A stretch of DNA of 64,000 nt, from contig CAWJMB010000002.1 in assembly GCA_963843845.1 (NCBI GenBank), positions 896,001 to 960,000 of the forward strand, in the 5' to 3' direction. Shown here piece after piece: positions 1-9,185 of the stretch (position 1 is the stretch's first letter; every line of letters starts with the position of its first letter). A program made the translations under genes and the position numbers. The notes below the pieces were generated by a model that saw nothing but the letters and a program-made list of their open reading frames with translations, made no database searches and had not been told where the DNA came from. The DNA is from an uncultured Gemmatimonadaceae bacterium (GTDB taxonomy: Bacteria > Gemmatimonadota > Gemmatimonadetes > Gemmatimonadales > Gemmatimonadaceae).

Positions 1-490
1 TCCACGCGCCGCCGAGGCTGTCCTGCTTCCAGGCGATCCCGCCGTCCCACGGCGGGTTCTTCGCGACACGCGGCCGGCCGTGGTAGTAGACGGTGAGCGT
101 CCGCCGCTCGCCGGCGCGCTGCGGCGACGGGAGCGTGGCGAGGAACGCGTTGCCGTCGCGGCGATACGGGAGTCGCCGCCCGTCCTGCGTCATGCTGTCG
201 ACCTCGAGCGGCTGCTGCAGGTCGATCTGCATCTCGCGCGCGGCGCGGAGCACCCGGTACGTGATCCCGTTCCACCCGCGGACCGTGCTGTCCCGCGGCG
301 ACAGCGCGACGTGCAGGTCGTAGAACTCGACGTCCCACCACGCGCGCGCCGGCCCGATCGCCCCGCGCAGCGAGTCGGCGTGCGTGAACGGCCGAGCGGG
401 TTGCGCACTGACCGTCGTCGCGAGCGCCACCGCCGCGACCGCGACCATCCGAAGCGATACAGTCACTGTGTCAGCCTGGTGAAAAGCCAT
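1..490 (-). CDS. M1 family aminopeptidase, N-terminal part (runs off window start; indel near 245)
   Basis: Manual translation: signal peptide, then FTHADSLRG..WWDVEFYDLHV..GWNGITYRVL / EMQIDLQQPL..VYYHGRPRVAKNPPWDGG, typical of the M1 N-terminus. Confidence 0.8.
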   Translation of the reverse strand, partial: MAFHQADTVTVSLRMVAVAAVALATTVSAQPARPFTHADSLRGAIGPARAWWDVEFYDLHVALSPRDSTVRGWNGITYRVLRAAREMQIDLQQPLEVDSMTQDGRRLPYRRDGNAFLATLPSPQRAGERRTLTVYYHGRPRVAKNPPWDGGIAWKQDSLGGAW

Positions 491-505
491 GTGGTCCCTG
501 AACGC

Positions 506-1981
506 TCACATCGCCGCCCGTCGCCGCATGATCGCCTCGATCTCCCCGATCTCGCGCGGCGCCTTCGACAGTCGCTCCAGCCCTGTCGGCGTCACGAGGT
601 AGTCGTCCTCGATCCGCACGCCGGTGTTCTCGTACTTCGCGACGGATCGGCCGAACGCGCGCCACGAACGCGCGGTTGCGCGGGCGTGTCCGGCAGCATG
701 TCGAGCAGTCGCGTGCTCAGGTAGATCCCCGGCTCGATCGTGAACACGTCGCCCGCCTCGTACACTTTCGCCCCGTCGTAGAACTGTGCCGGGTCGTGCA
801 CCGCGAGCCCGATGCCGTGGCTGATGCCGTGGATCGTGAACAGCATCGCCTGCGTGCACGACACGGGCGTCCGCTCGCAGTTCGTCTTCCACGGCAGGTC
901 GATGCGCGCGGTCGACGCTGTCGACGAGGCCCAACGCCGCGAGCCCGCGAGCCTGCGCCTCGAACGCCGCCTGCGTCGCGCCCGACGCCGGCTTGCCCGG
1001 ACCCGACCGCGCGCTCCGCCGCCGTCTGCGCGTCGCGCACGATCTGGTAGATCTGCACGCTGCGCCGACGTGTACGTGCCGCTCACCGGGATCGTCCGCG
1101 TCACGTCCGCCGAGTAGCCCTCGTACTCGGCGCCCATGTCCATGACGACGAGGTCGCCCGCCTTGAGCGGCCCGCGGTTGCGCATGTAGTGCAGCTGCGT
1201 GCCGTTCGCGCCGGAGCCGACGATCGAGCCGTAGCCGGGGCGCGCCGCCCCGCCGCGCAGAAACGCGCGCTCCGCCTCTCCCTGCAAGTCGTACTCGTGC
1301 AGCCCCGGCGCCGCGGCGCGCATCGCCGCGCGGTGCCCCTCGTCGCTGATGGCGACCGCGCGGCGCAGCAGCGCGATCTCCGCCTCGCTCTTCCGCGCCC
1401 GCAGCGCGTCGACGAGCGGATGCGCGTCGCGCACGACGGCGCCGGGCTGGCGGGCGTGCAGCGCGCGGACGAACATCGTGCCGCGCGTCAGGCTGTCCTC
1501 CTGCGCGAAGTCGGCGTCGGCGAAGTCGTGGAGCGTGTACAGGGGCAGCCCGGTGCGGACGAGCGAGTCGATCGTCGGCTGCAAGCGCGTCGGGCGAGCG
1601 GACGCCGACGCCGGTGAGCGCTGCCGTCTCGACCGAGTCCGGGCGCCGGCCGTAGTAGAGCGACATCCGCGGCTCGGCCGGCGTGACGAACAGCGTGGAC
1701 GTCCCACGCCCGCCGTGCACGACCATCACGAACGCCGCGTCGGGCTCGTCGAAGTTCGTGAGGTAGTGGAACGCCGGGAGCTGGAAGAACGCCCCGAAGT
1801 CGGCCACCGGTGTCCGCCCGCCGAACGCGAGCACGACGCCCTCCTTCACGCGCGCCGCCAGCGAGTCCCGGCGCGCCGCGAACTCGGCACGCGGAATCGA
1901 TGATTGGGCGGTCGCATGGCCAGCGACCATGAGGAGCGAGAGCGCCAGGACGACGCCGGGCACGCGGCGAGTGGACGGCAT
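506..1981 (-). CDS. Secreted Xaa-Pro aminopeptidase (M24B); reading frame broken by several indels
   Basis: Split over ORFs 506..2098, 592..1707, 717..1058: FHYLTNFDEPDA, QLHY, DMGAEYEGYSADVTRT, HGISHGIGLAVHD, TIEPGIY, GVRIEDD. Confidence 0.85.
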   Translation of the reverse strand: MPSTRRVPGVVLALSLLMVAGHATAQSSIPRAEFAARRDSLAARVKEGVVLAFGGRTPVADFGAFFQLPAFHYLTNFDEPDAAFVMVVHGGRGTSTLFVTPAEPRMSLYYGRRPDSVETAALTGVGVRSPDALAADDRLARPHRAAPVHAPRLRRRRLRAGGQPDARHDVRPRAARPPARRRRARRASARRRAAGAEERGGDRAAAPRGRHQRRGAPRGDARRGAGAARVRLAGRGGARVSARRGGAPRLRLDRRLRRERHAAALHAQPRAAQGGRPRRHGHGRRVRGLLGGRDADDPGERHVHVGAACRSTRSCATRRRRRSARSGPGKPASGATQAAFEAQARGLAALGLVDSVDRAHRPAVEDELRADARVVHAGDAVHDPRHQPRHRARGARPGTVLRRGESVRGGRRVHDRAGDLPEHATARHAAGHARATARSWRAFGRSVAKYENTGVRIEDDYLVTPTGLERLSKAPREIGEIEAIMRRRAAM

Positions 1982-2140
1982 GAGCGAAGGGAGAGGAGAC
2001 GGCCGGGGGGCACGCGCTCGAGCGACGCGGAGCGACGTGGAGCGATGAGCTACTCGGAGGAACGATGCGGCCCGTCGGCGGGCCGCGCCACCGCGCAACG
2101 TTTGACTACCCTCGGTGTGTCACAGAAGCCGGCCTACGGT

Positions 2141-2167
2141 GGAAACCCCTCGCGCGACGACGCCGTA
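2141..2167 (+). promoter_or_regulatory. Possible ECF-sigma promoter
   Basis: GGAAAC-N17-CGTA just upstream of the ATG at 2195. Confidence 0.35.
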
Positions 2168-2194
2168 CAGAAGGCCGACCCATCTCGCCCTGCC

Positions 2195-5026
2195 ATGCCT
2201 CTTCTGTCGTTCCTCGTGCTCGCCGCGCACACGGCGTCGGCGCAGCCGCCTGCCGTGTCACCCGCCTCGCCTGCGTCCCCTCCGCCAGCCACGTCGCAGA
2301 CGTCGGCCGACTCGTCGCGTCGCGCGCGACGCCGTGCGCCGCGCTCCGCGCCCGTCACCCCGGAGCTCGACCGCACCGCGTTCGCCGACGCCGGCGCGCG
2401 CACGCTCCTCGGCAGAGCGCGCGTCGCCCACACGGCGCAGGACTCGGCGCTTCGCGCATACGACGCGAAGACCTACCAGCGCATCTCGGTCGGCATGGGG
2501 CTCCGCCGCCTCGGCCGCGATCGCATGCTGTTCCGCGGGGAGCAGACGGCGAACGTGTCGTGGGACCGCGGGCGCGGCGTGACGACGCGCACGACCGGCG
2601 CGCGCGCCGTCTCTCCGGTCATCACGAAGGAGGAAGGGAGCGTCGACGCCGATCTGAACGGCGCCGCGCCGATCCCGTACTTCCCAGGCCGCGAGACGCT
2701 CTGGATCCCGTCCGGCCGCGGCCTCGCCCGCGCCGAGGTCGACGACCGCGAGTTCGTGCACCCGCTCGCCGTCGGCGCCGAGGCGTACTACCGCTACGCG
2801 ACCGGCGACTCGATCACCGTGAAGCTGCCCGACGGCCGCGCGATCGCGCTGCGCGAGATGCGGATCACCGCGCGCCGCCCCGACTGGCATCTGTTCGTCG
2901 GCTCGTTCTGGTTCGATACGGAGAGCGGGCAGCTCGTGCGCGCCGCCTATCGCATGTCGGTCGACATGGACGTCTGGGACGTCGCGAGCGAGGAGAGCCA
3001 GCGCGGCCTCGCGGAGGCGCTCGAGCGGGCGCGACTCGACACGAACGCGGCGCGCCGTGGGAAGGCCGAAGCCGCCGCGCGGAGGGAGGCGAGAGACGAC
3101 GAGGCGCCGGGGTGGGTCAAGGGGCTCCTGAGCCCGATGCGCGCCACGATCTCGGCCGTCACCGTCGAGTACGGGCTGCATCAGGGGCGCTTCTGGATGC
3201 CGCGCCAGAACGTCGCCGAGGGAGAGGCGCAGGCGGGGTTCCTGCGCATCCCGATCAAGTTCGAGGAGTCGTTCCGCTACGACCGCGTCGTCGGCGACGA
3301 TTTCACGCTCGGCGTGCCGGGGCGGCCGACGCCGGCCGTGGCAGGCGGGGTGCCGAACGCCGCGAACGGATCGCCGAACGCCGCGAACGGAGCGCCCGAC
3401 GGTCCGCCGGAACGCGCGTTCGATCCGGCCGCCGTCGCGGCGCGCCTCGCCGCCGCGCGCACGCTCCGCGACTCCGCGCTCGCGCTCGATCCGCCGGACG
3501 ACTCGTCGATGACCGTCGCCGTGAACGTCAACTTCGGTGGCTCCACCCGGAACGGCCGCACCCGCACGCCTGCCGAGCGCGCGGCCGTCGTCGACTCGGC
3601 GATCCGCCGCCACATCGCGCGCGCCGACACCCTGACCCGGCGCGCCGACTCGCTCTCGAACGTGGGCGAGGCGACGCGGGCGCGCGACGCGCGGGCCTCG
3701 GCGCGCGGCAACCTGCGGCGCGCCGCGCTGCTCGTGCGCCGCGAGGTGCAGTGCGCGACCGACAGCACCTACGACGCCGGCACGCGCCGGCTGTACGACG
3801 GCGATCTGCGGGTTCGCGTGCAGGCGACGTGCACCCCGCGCCAGCTCGCGTCGTCCCCGGAGCTGCCCGACTCGCCGTACGGCGACGGCGACGAGTGGTT
3901 CACGACGACCGACCGCGACGCGCTCGTCAGGGCGCTCGACCTGTCGCTCCAGCCGGGATGGGGGCCGCAGCCGATCCAGTGGCGGCGCGGGCTCGCGCTC
4001 GCGCGCTACAACCGCGTCGAGGGGCTGTCGAGCGGCGTCGAGGCGACGTCGGTGCTCGGCCTCGGCTACACCGCGACCGCTGCGGCCCGGATCGGCGTCG
4101 CCGACTGGGTGCCGAACGGCGAGCTGTCGATCAGTCGCACCGACGGCCGCCGCACGATCCGCCTCGGGGCGTTCCACCGGCTCGGCGTCGCGAACGACGA
4201 CTGGGGATCGCCCCTCTCGTTCGGCGCGTCGGTCGCGGCGCTGCTCTACAGCCGCGACGAAGGGTTCTTCTACCGCACGTTCGGCGCGGAGCTGGCCGGT
4301 ACGCGCGACGCGCCCTTCTTCGGTGCGACCGTCGACTGGCGCCTGTTCGGCGAGCGCCAGCGCACGGCGGGGGTCGAGCCGGAGACGCAGTTCTCGCTGC
4401 GCAACGCGGTCGGCACCGCGCGCTTCATCGACAACATCGCCGCGCAGCAGGTGACGCTCGGCGGCGGGGCGCTCGGACTCACGCGCACGTTCGGGCAGGA
4501 CCCGCGCGCGCTGCGCCTGTTCTCGCGCGCGCGGCTCGAGGGCGCGGCGGCGAAGGGCGCGACGCTCGCCGACGGCAACGTCACGGGCTACGGGCGCGCG
4601 CTGCTCGACGCGACGCTGTCGCGCAACGTGGGTCCACTCGGTGTCGCGCTCACCGGCGCGGGCGGCGGCATCGCCGGCGACGCACCGACGCAGCGGATGT
4701 TCTACATCGGCGGGCAGCAGACGGTGCGCGGACAGTTCGCGCAGCCGACGAACGCCGCCGGCGGCGTGGCGAGCGGCTACGTCGGCGACGCCTTCTGGCT
4801 CGGCCGCGCCGAGGTCGGAACGACGAGCGTCGGGGCGCGGCCGGTCGTGTTCTTCGACATGGGGTGGGCCGGGCCACGCGCCGACTTCGCGCATCCAGGG
4901 CGGCCGCTCACGGGTTACGGCGTCGGGCTGTCCTTCCTCGACGGTCTCGTCCGGACCGACCTGTCGCGCGGCATCCATCCGCAGAAGCGGACCCGCTTCG
5001 ACCTGTACGTGGAGGCGCGCTTCTGA
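2195..5026 (+). CDS. Large exported protein with probable C-terminal outer-membrane beta-barrel
   Basis: Signal-like N-terminus, RYNRVEG motif, amphipathic strands, C-terminal ...FDLYVEARF BAM-type signature. Confidence 0.7.
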   Translation: MPLLSFLVLAAHTASAQPPAVSPASPASPPPATSQTSADSSRRARRRAPRSAPVTPELDRTAFADAGARTLLGRARVAHTAQDSALRAYDAKTYQRISVGMGLRRLGRDRMLFRGEQTANVSWDRGRGVTTRTTGARAVSPVITKEEGSVDADLNGAAPIPYFPGRETLWIPSGRGLARAEVDDREFVHPLAVGAEAYYRYATGDSITVKLPDGRAIALREMRITARRPDWHLFVGSFWFDTESGQLVRAAYRMSVDMDVWDVASEESQRGLAEALERARLDTNAARRGKAEAAARREARDDEAPGWVKGLLSPMRATISAVTVEYGLHQGRFWMPRQNVAEGEAQAGFLRIPIKFEESFRYDRVVGDDFTLGVPGRPTPAVAGGVPNAANGSPNAANGAPDGPPERAFDPAAVAARLAAARTLRDSALALDPPDDSSMTVAVNVNFGGSTRNGRTRTPAERAAVVDSAIRRHIARADTLTRRADSLSNVGEATRARDARASARGNLRRAALLVRREVQCATDSTYDAGTRRLYDGDLRVRVQATCTPRQLASSPELPDSPYGDGDEWFTTTDRDALVRALDLSLQPGWGPQPIQWRRGLALARYNRVEGLSSGVEATSVLGLGYTATAAARIGVADWVPNGELSISRTDGRRTIRLGAFHRLGVANDDWGSPLSFGASVAALLYSRDEGFFYRTFGAELAGTRDAPFFGATVDWRLFGERQRTAGVEPETQFSLRNAVGTARFIDNIAAQQVTLGGGALGLTRTFGQDPRALRLFSRARLEGAAAKGATLADGNVTGYGRALLDATLSRNVGPLGVALTGAGGGIAGDAPTQRMFYIGGQQTVRGQFAQPTNAAGGVASGYVGDAFWLGRAEVGTTSVGARPVVFFDMGWAGPRADFAHPGRPLTGYGVGLSFLDGLVRTDLSRGIHPQKRTRFDLYVEARF

Positions 5027-5047
5027 TCGCGACGTGAGGATGTGACG

Positions 5048-5085
5048 CAGGACTTGAATTCAGGATTTCGACAATTCAAGTTCTG
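5048..5085. promoter_or_regulatory. AT-rich inverted repeat (operator or hairpin) 4 nt before a start codon
   Basis: CAGGACTTGAATT-N12-AATTCAAGTTCTG, 12 of 13 bp paired. Confidence 0.5.
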
Positions 5086-5089
5086 AGAT

Positions 5090-6106
5090 ATGATCGGCAT
5101 CTATCACGAGCACCCCGACTGGTTCCGCCCACTGTTCGCCGAGCTCGAACGGCGTGGCGTCCCGTACGAGCGCATCGACGCGGCAGCCCACGGCTACGAC
5201 CCCTCCGAGCGCGAGGTCCCCTGGTCCCTCGTCGTGAACCGCGCGTCGCCGTCCGCCTATCTGCGCGACGCGCGCCAGACGACGTTCCACACGCTGCACT
5301 GGCTTCGCCACCTCGAGCGCCTCGGCGTGCCGGTCGTGAACGGGTCGGCGGCGTACGGCCTCGAGCTGTCGAAGGCGACGCAGTGCGACGTCCTGGAAGA
5401 GCTGGGGATCGCGTATCCGGCGACGCGCGTCATCAACAGCGCGGCGCGCGCGGTCGAGGCGGCGCGCGCGCTGCGCTACCCGGTGCTCGTGAAGGCCAAC
5501 GTCGGCGGCAGCGGCGCGGGCATCGTGCGCTACGACAGCGAGGCGCAGCTCGCGGCCGCCGTTGCAGCTGACACCCTCGACCTCGGCGTCGACGGCACGG
5601 CGCTCGTGCAGGAGTACGCGCCGCTGCGCGACGGCCGCATCACGCGAGTGGAAACGTTGGGCGGCGACTACCTCTACGCGATCGACGTCTACCCGGCCGA
5701 CACGGGCTTCAACCTCTGCCCGGCCGACGCGTGCATCACCGGCGACGGCGTCGAGCTGTCGCGCGGCGCCTGCGCGCTCGACGCGCCGAAGAACGGCCTC
5801 CGCGTCGAGCGCGCCGACCCGCCGGCCGAGATCGTCGACGCGATCGAGCGCATCGCGCGCCGCACGCAGCTCGACGTCGGCGGCATCGAGTACCTGATCG
5901 ACGACCGAGACGGCCGGCCATACGTCTACGACGTCAATGCGCTCTCGAACTTCGTCGCCGACGCGCCGAACGTCGTCGGGTTCGATCCGTGGGTGAATCT
6001 GGTCGATTATCTCGAGCGCCGGTTGTCGGGGAGCGGGGATCGGGGACCGGTTGTCGACGCCTCCCGATCCCCGGTCCCCGATCCCCGGCTCCTCGGAGTC
6101 GGCTGA
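5090..6106 (+). CDS. RimK/glutathione-synthetase-like ATP-grasp protein
   Basis: YPVLVKANVGGSGAGI, LVQEY, GGIEYL, YDVNALSN. Confidence 0.8.
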   Translation: MIGIYHEHPDWFRPLFAELERRGVPYERIDAAAHGYDPSEREVPWSLVVNRASPSAYLRDARQTTFHTLHWLRHLERLGVPVVNGSAAYGLELSKATQCDVLEELGIAYPATRVINSAARAVEAARALRYPVLVKANVGGSGAGIVRYDSEAQLAAAVAADTLDLGVDGTALVQEYAPLRDGRITRVETLGGDYLYAIDVYPADTGFNLCPADACITGDGVELSRGACALDAPKNGLRVERADPPAEIVDAIERIARRTQLDVGGIEYLIDDRDGRPYVYDVNALSNFVADAPNVVGFDPWVNLVDYLERRLSGSGDRGPVVDASRSPVPDPRLLGVG

Positions 6107-7155
6107 TGCGCTACGGCTACTGGATGCCCGTCTTCGGCGGCTGGCTGCGCAACGTCGGCGACGAAGGGATGGACGCCTCGTGGAGCTACGTGCGGCGCCT
6201 CGCGCGCCGCAGCGAGGAGATCGGCTACGACCTCACCCTCGTCGCCGAGCTGTTCCTGAACGACATCAAGGGGATCGACGCGCCGTCGCTCGAGTCGTGG
6301 AGTCTGTCGGCGGCGCTCGCCGCGGTCACCGAGCGGCTCGAGCTGATGGTCGCCGTCCGCCCGACGTTCCACCCGCCGGCGATCTTCGCGAAGCAGGCCG
6401 CGACGCTCGACCAGATCAGCGGCGGGCGCCTGTCGCTCAACGTCGTGTCGAGCTGGTGGGCCGACGAGGCGCGCCGCTACGGCGTGCAGTTCGACGCGCA
6501 CGACGACCGCTACGCGCGTACCGCGGAGTGGCTCGACGTGCTCTACGGCGCCTGGGAGGAGGAGCGCTTCACCTACCGCGGCCGCTACTACTCGGCCGAG
6601 GAGACGGTGCTCGCGCCGAAGCCGTTTCGCCGCCCTCGCCCGACGATCTACGCCGGGGGCGAGAGCGAGGCGGCGAAGGAGCTCATCGCGCGGCGGTGCG
6701 ACGCGTACGTCATGCACGGCGACCCGGTCGATGTCATCGCGGCGCGCGTCGCCGATCTCCGGGCGCGGCGCGAGCGGGCCGAGCTGCCGCCGATGTCGTT
6801 CGGCATGGCCGCGTATGCGATCGTGCGTTCCACGGAGGCCGAGGCGCGCCGCGAGCTGCGGCGTGTGACGAACGTCGAGCCCGGGTCGCCCGGCTACGGC
6901 AACTATCAGGACTGGGTCGCGAACACGCAGCTCGAGCGGCGCACCTCGCTCGAAGACTACTCCGTCTCGAACCGCGGCCTGCGCGCCGGCTTCGTCGGCA
7001 CGCCCGAGCAGGTGGCGGAGCGGGTGCGCGCGTATCAGGCGGTCGGCGTCGACCTCGTGTTGTTGCAGTGCAGCCCGCAGCTCGAAGAGATGGAGCGCTT
7101 CGCGGCCGACGTCATGCCGCTCGTCGACCGGCGCGCGTCGGCGCGGGCCGCCTGA
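6106..7155 (+). CDS. LLM-class flavin-dependent monooxygenase (SsuD/SfnG-like)
   Basis: LAAVTERLELMVAVRP, ATLDQISGGRLSLNVV, IYAGGES, VGTPEQVAE; TGATG overlap with upstream gene. Confidence 0.88.
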   Translation: MRYGYWMPVFGGWLRNVGDEGMDASWSYVRRLARRSEEIGYDLTLVAELFLNDIKGIDAPSLESWSLSAALAAVTERLELMVAVRPTFHPPAIFAKQAATLDQISGGRLSLNVVSSWWADEARRYGVQFDAHDDRYARTAEWLDVLYGAWEEERFTYRGRYYSAEETVLAPKPFRRPRPTIYAGGESEAAKELIARRCDAYVMHGDPVDVIAARVADLRARRERAELPPMSFGMAAYAIVRSTEAEARRELRRVTNVEPGSPGYGNYQDWVANTQLERRTSLEDYSVSNRGLRAGFVGTPEQVAERVRAYQAVGVDLVLLQCSPQLEEMERFAADVMPLVDRRASARAA

Positions 7156-7180
7156 CGATCGCCGCACGCTGACCGAACGC

Positions 7181-7211
7181 AGAACGGCGACCTCGGTGAG
7201 GTCGCCGTTCT
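7181..7211. terminator. Hairpin between convergent genes, probable bidirectional terminator
   Basis: AGAACGGCGACCTC-GGT-GAGGTCGCCGTTCT, perfect 14-bp stem. Confidence 0.7.
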
Positions 7212-7230
7212 CGTCGATCGGGGCCCGCCG

Positions 7231-7698
7231 TTACTGCGGCCCGAGCAGCGTCTGGCAGTGGTCCGCGAGCGTCGCCGTGTCGATCACCTTGCCGTCCGCG
7301 CCGCGCCACCCCCAGCGGTCGTCGGGCATCGGTGCCGGCTCGAGCACGACCGACGAGAGCGCGACCGCGCCGGCCGCCTCACGCGTCGCCGAGCCGGGGC
7401 GCGAGACCGTGCCGTTCCAGGTGGTGACTTGCAGCTCGCCGAGCGCCGGCTGGAGCGACGAGGCCGGGAACCAGGAGACCGTCACCGCGCGCACCGCTCC
7501 CTGCAGAATGCAGCCGCGCGGTGTGCGCAGGCGGCGGAGCGTCGGCGTCGCGGGCTCGGCGCCGCGGGCCGGCGGACGTTCCGGGGCGAGCGCGTCGAGC
7601 AAATGTCCGACGGCGTGCTGCACGCCGTTCCGCTGCTTTACCGTCGGCCAGCCAGCGAGTCCCGCGGCGGCGCCGTCGAGCGTTTCCATGTCTTGCAT
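7231..7698 (-). CDS. Hypothetical protein
   Basis: 155-aa ORF with GGAGG upstream and protein-like composition. Confidence 0.65.
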   Translation of the reverse strand: MQDMETLDGAAAGLAGWPTVKQRNGVQHAVGHLLDALAPERPPARGAEPATPTLRRLRTPRGCILQGAVRAVTVSWFPASSLQPALGELQVTTWNGTVSRPGSATREAAGAVALSSVVLEPAPMPDDRWGWRGADGKVIDTATLADHCQTLLGPQ

Positions 7699-7885
7699 GT
7701 GATCCCTCCATCACGAGCCAAGGGCCGCGCAGCGTACCCGCACGAACCCGCGGCGGCCGCACGACCTCGCGCGACCACACCGCCCGAAAAAAACGACCGG
7801 CGCGCCGCGAGCGAACCTCGCCCGGCGCGCCTCGCACCCGCCGCGCGCGACGCCGACGAGCGGCTCGCGGTGCGGCGGTCGACGC

Positions 7886-8083
7886 TCAGGTGCGCTTGCG
7901 GCGCGCGGCGGCGCGCACACGACGCTGCGCCGCGCTGCTCTTGAGCTGCTTCGCGACACTCGGCTTCACGTAATGCCGGCGGCGGCGCACCTCGGCGAGC
8001 ACGCCGGCACGCTGAACCATGCGCTTGAACGACTTCAGCGCCCAATCGATGCGGTCGCCCTCTTCGAGCTTGATCTCGATCAT
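7886..8083 (-). CDS. rpsU: 30S ribosomal protein S21
   Basis: MIEIKLEEGDRIDWALKSFKRMVQRAGVLAEVRRRRHYVKPS; AAGGG upstream. Confidence 0.92.
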   Translation of the reverse strand: MIEIKLEEGDRIDWALKSFKRMVQRAGVLAEVRRRRHYVKPSVAKQLKSSAAQRRVRAAARRKRT

Positions 8084-8133
8084 GTCCCTTCGTGGTGGCA
8101 GTGACGAACGCCGGAAGCCGGCTCGAACGATTG

Positions 8134-8161
8134 AAAAAGGCCCCCGCGAGAGCGAGGGCCC
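8134..8161 (-). terminator. Intrinsic terminator-like hairpin in the rpsU leader
   Basis: Minus strand GGCCCTCGC-TCTC-GCGGGGGCC-TTTTT. Confidence 0.55.
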
Positions 8162-8315
8162 TTCCCGGACAGCGCGGCTGCGCAGCACGCGCAGGCGTCG
8201 CGCTCGTAAGATAACCGACGCAGAAGCCCCACACAATGCTCGACGATCCCGGAACTGCTCGGCCGTCAACGAGTTGCGCGGTCGTGAACCGCGCGGCCCG
8301 CGTCCGCGGCGCGGC

Positions 8316-9146
8316 TCACCGCGGCGGCACGAGGCGCAGCGTGAGGCGGTCCTCGGCCTCGATGCGGGCGGCGTCGGCGACGAGCGCGTCGAGGTCGTCG
8401 AGACGACTCAGGAAGCGCCCGGTGAGGGCGTCGGCATCGCCCCGCGCGATGCGCGCCACGAGCGCCGCCCCGTCGTCGGGCGACGCGTCGCGCCCCTCGT
8501 CGAACACCGTACGATAGTGCGGCAGCCAGGCGCGCGCCTCGGGCGTGTCGATCAGCGGCTCGGTCATCGCCGTGCGCACCGACCCCGGCTCGATCGCGAA
8601 CACGAGCACGCCGTGCGGGCGCGCCTCCGCCGCGGCGATCTCGCTCAGCCGGGTGAGCGCCGTCTTGCTCGTCGTGTAGGCCGACGTGTGCGCGATCGCG
8701 ATCGTGCTCACCCGGCTCGACACGTTCACGACGCGCCCGCGGCCGCGTGCCGTCATCCGGCGCAGCACGGCGGCCATGCACAGAAAGCAGCCGCGCACGT
8801 TCACCTCCTGCATGCGCCACCACTTGTCCGGGTCCACGACCCAGAGCGGCCCCGGTAGTCCGCCGAGTCCCGCGTTGTTGACGAGGAGGTCGATCGGGGC
8901 GACGCGGCGCTCGACGTCGGCCACGACCTGCTCGACCGCGGCGCCGTCGGTGACGTCCGCGACGTGCGTCGTCGCCGAGCCGCCGGCGGCAGTGACCAGC
9001 CCGTGCGTCTCCGCGAGCTGGTCCGCCGAGCGCGCGACGAGCGCGACGCGGGCACCGTCGGCGGCGAGGCGGAGCGCGATCGCGCGGCCGATGCCGCGGC
9101 CGGCGCCGGTGACGACCGCGACGGTGTCTGTGAGAGGGCGCGTCAT
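8316..9146 (-). CDS. SDR family oxidoreductase
   Basis: TGAGRGIG, LVNNAG, YTTSK. Confidence 0.92.
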   Translation of the reverse strand: MTRPLTDTVAVVTGAGRGIGRAIALRLAADGARVALVARSADQLAETHGLVTAAGGSATTHVADVTDGAAVEQVVADVERRVAPIDLLVNNAGLGGLPGPLWVVDPDKWWRMQEVNVRGCFLCMAAVLRRMTARGRGRVVNVSSRVSTIAIAHTSAYTTSKTALTRLSEIAAAEARPHGVLVFAIEPGSVRTAMTEPLIDTPEARAWLPHYRTVFDEGRDASPDDGAALVARIARGDADALTGRFLSRLDDLDALVADAARIEAEDRLTLRLVPPR

Positions 9147-9185
9147 GAGCGCATAACTTACGCACTTCTCTCACCCTCACCGCTC

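Noticed and set aside
2065..5037. Long alternative-frame and antisense ORFs (also 36997..40512, 61833..63827 and many others)
   Set aside because: Arg/Ala/Pro-rich shadow ORFs expected at high GC; they overlap well-supported genes.
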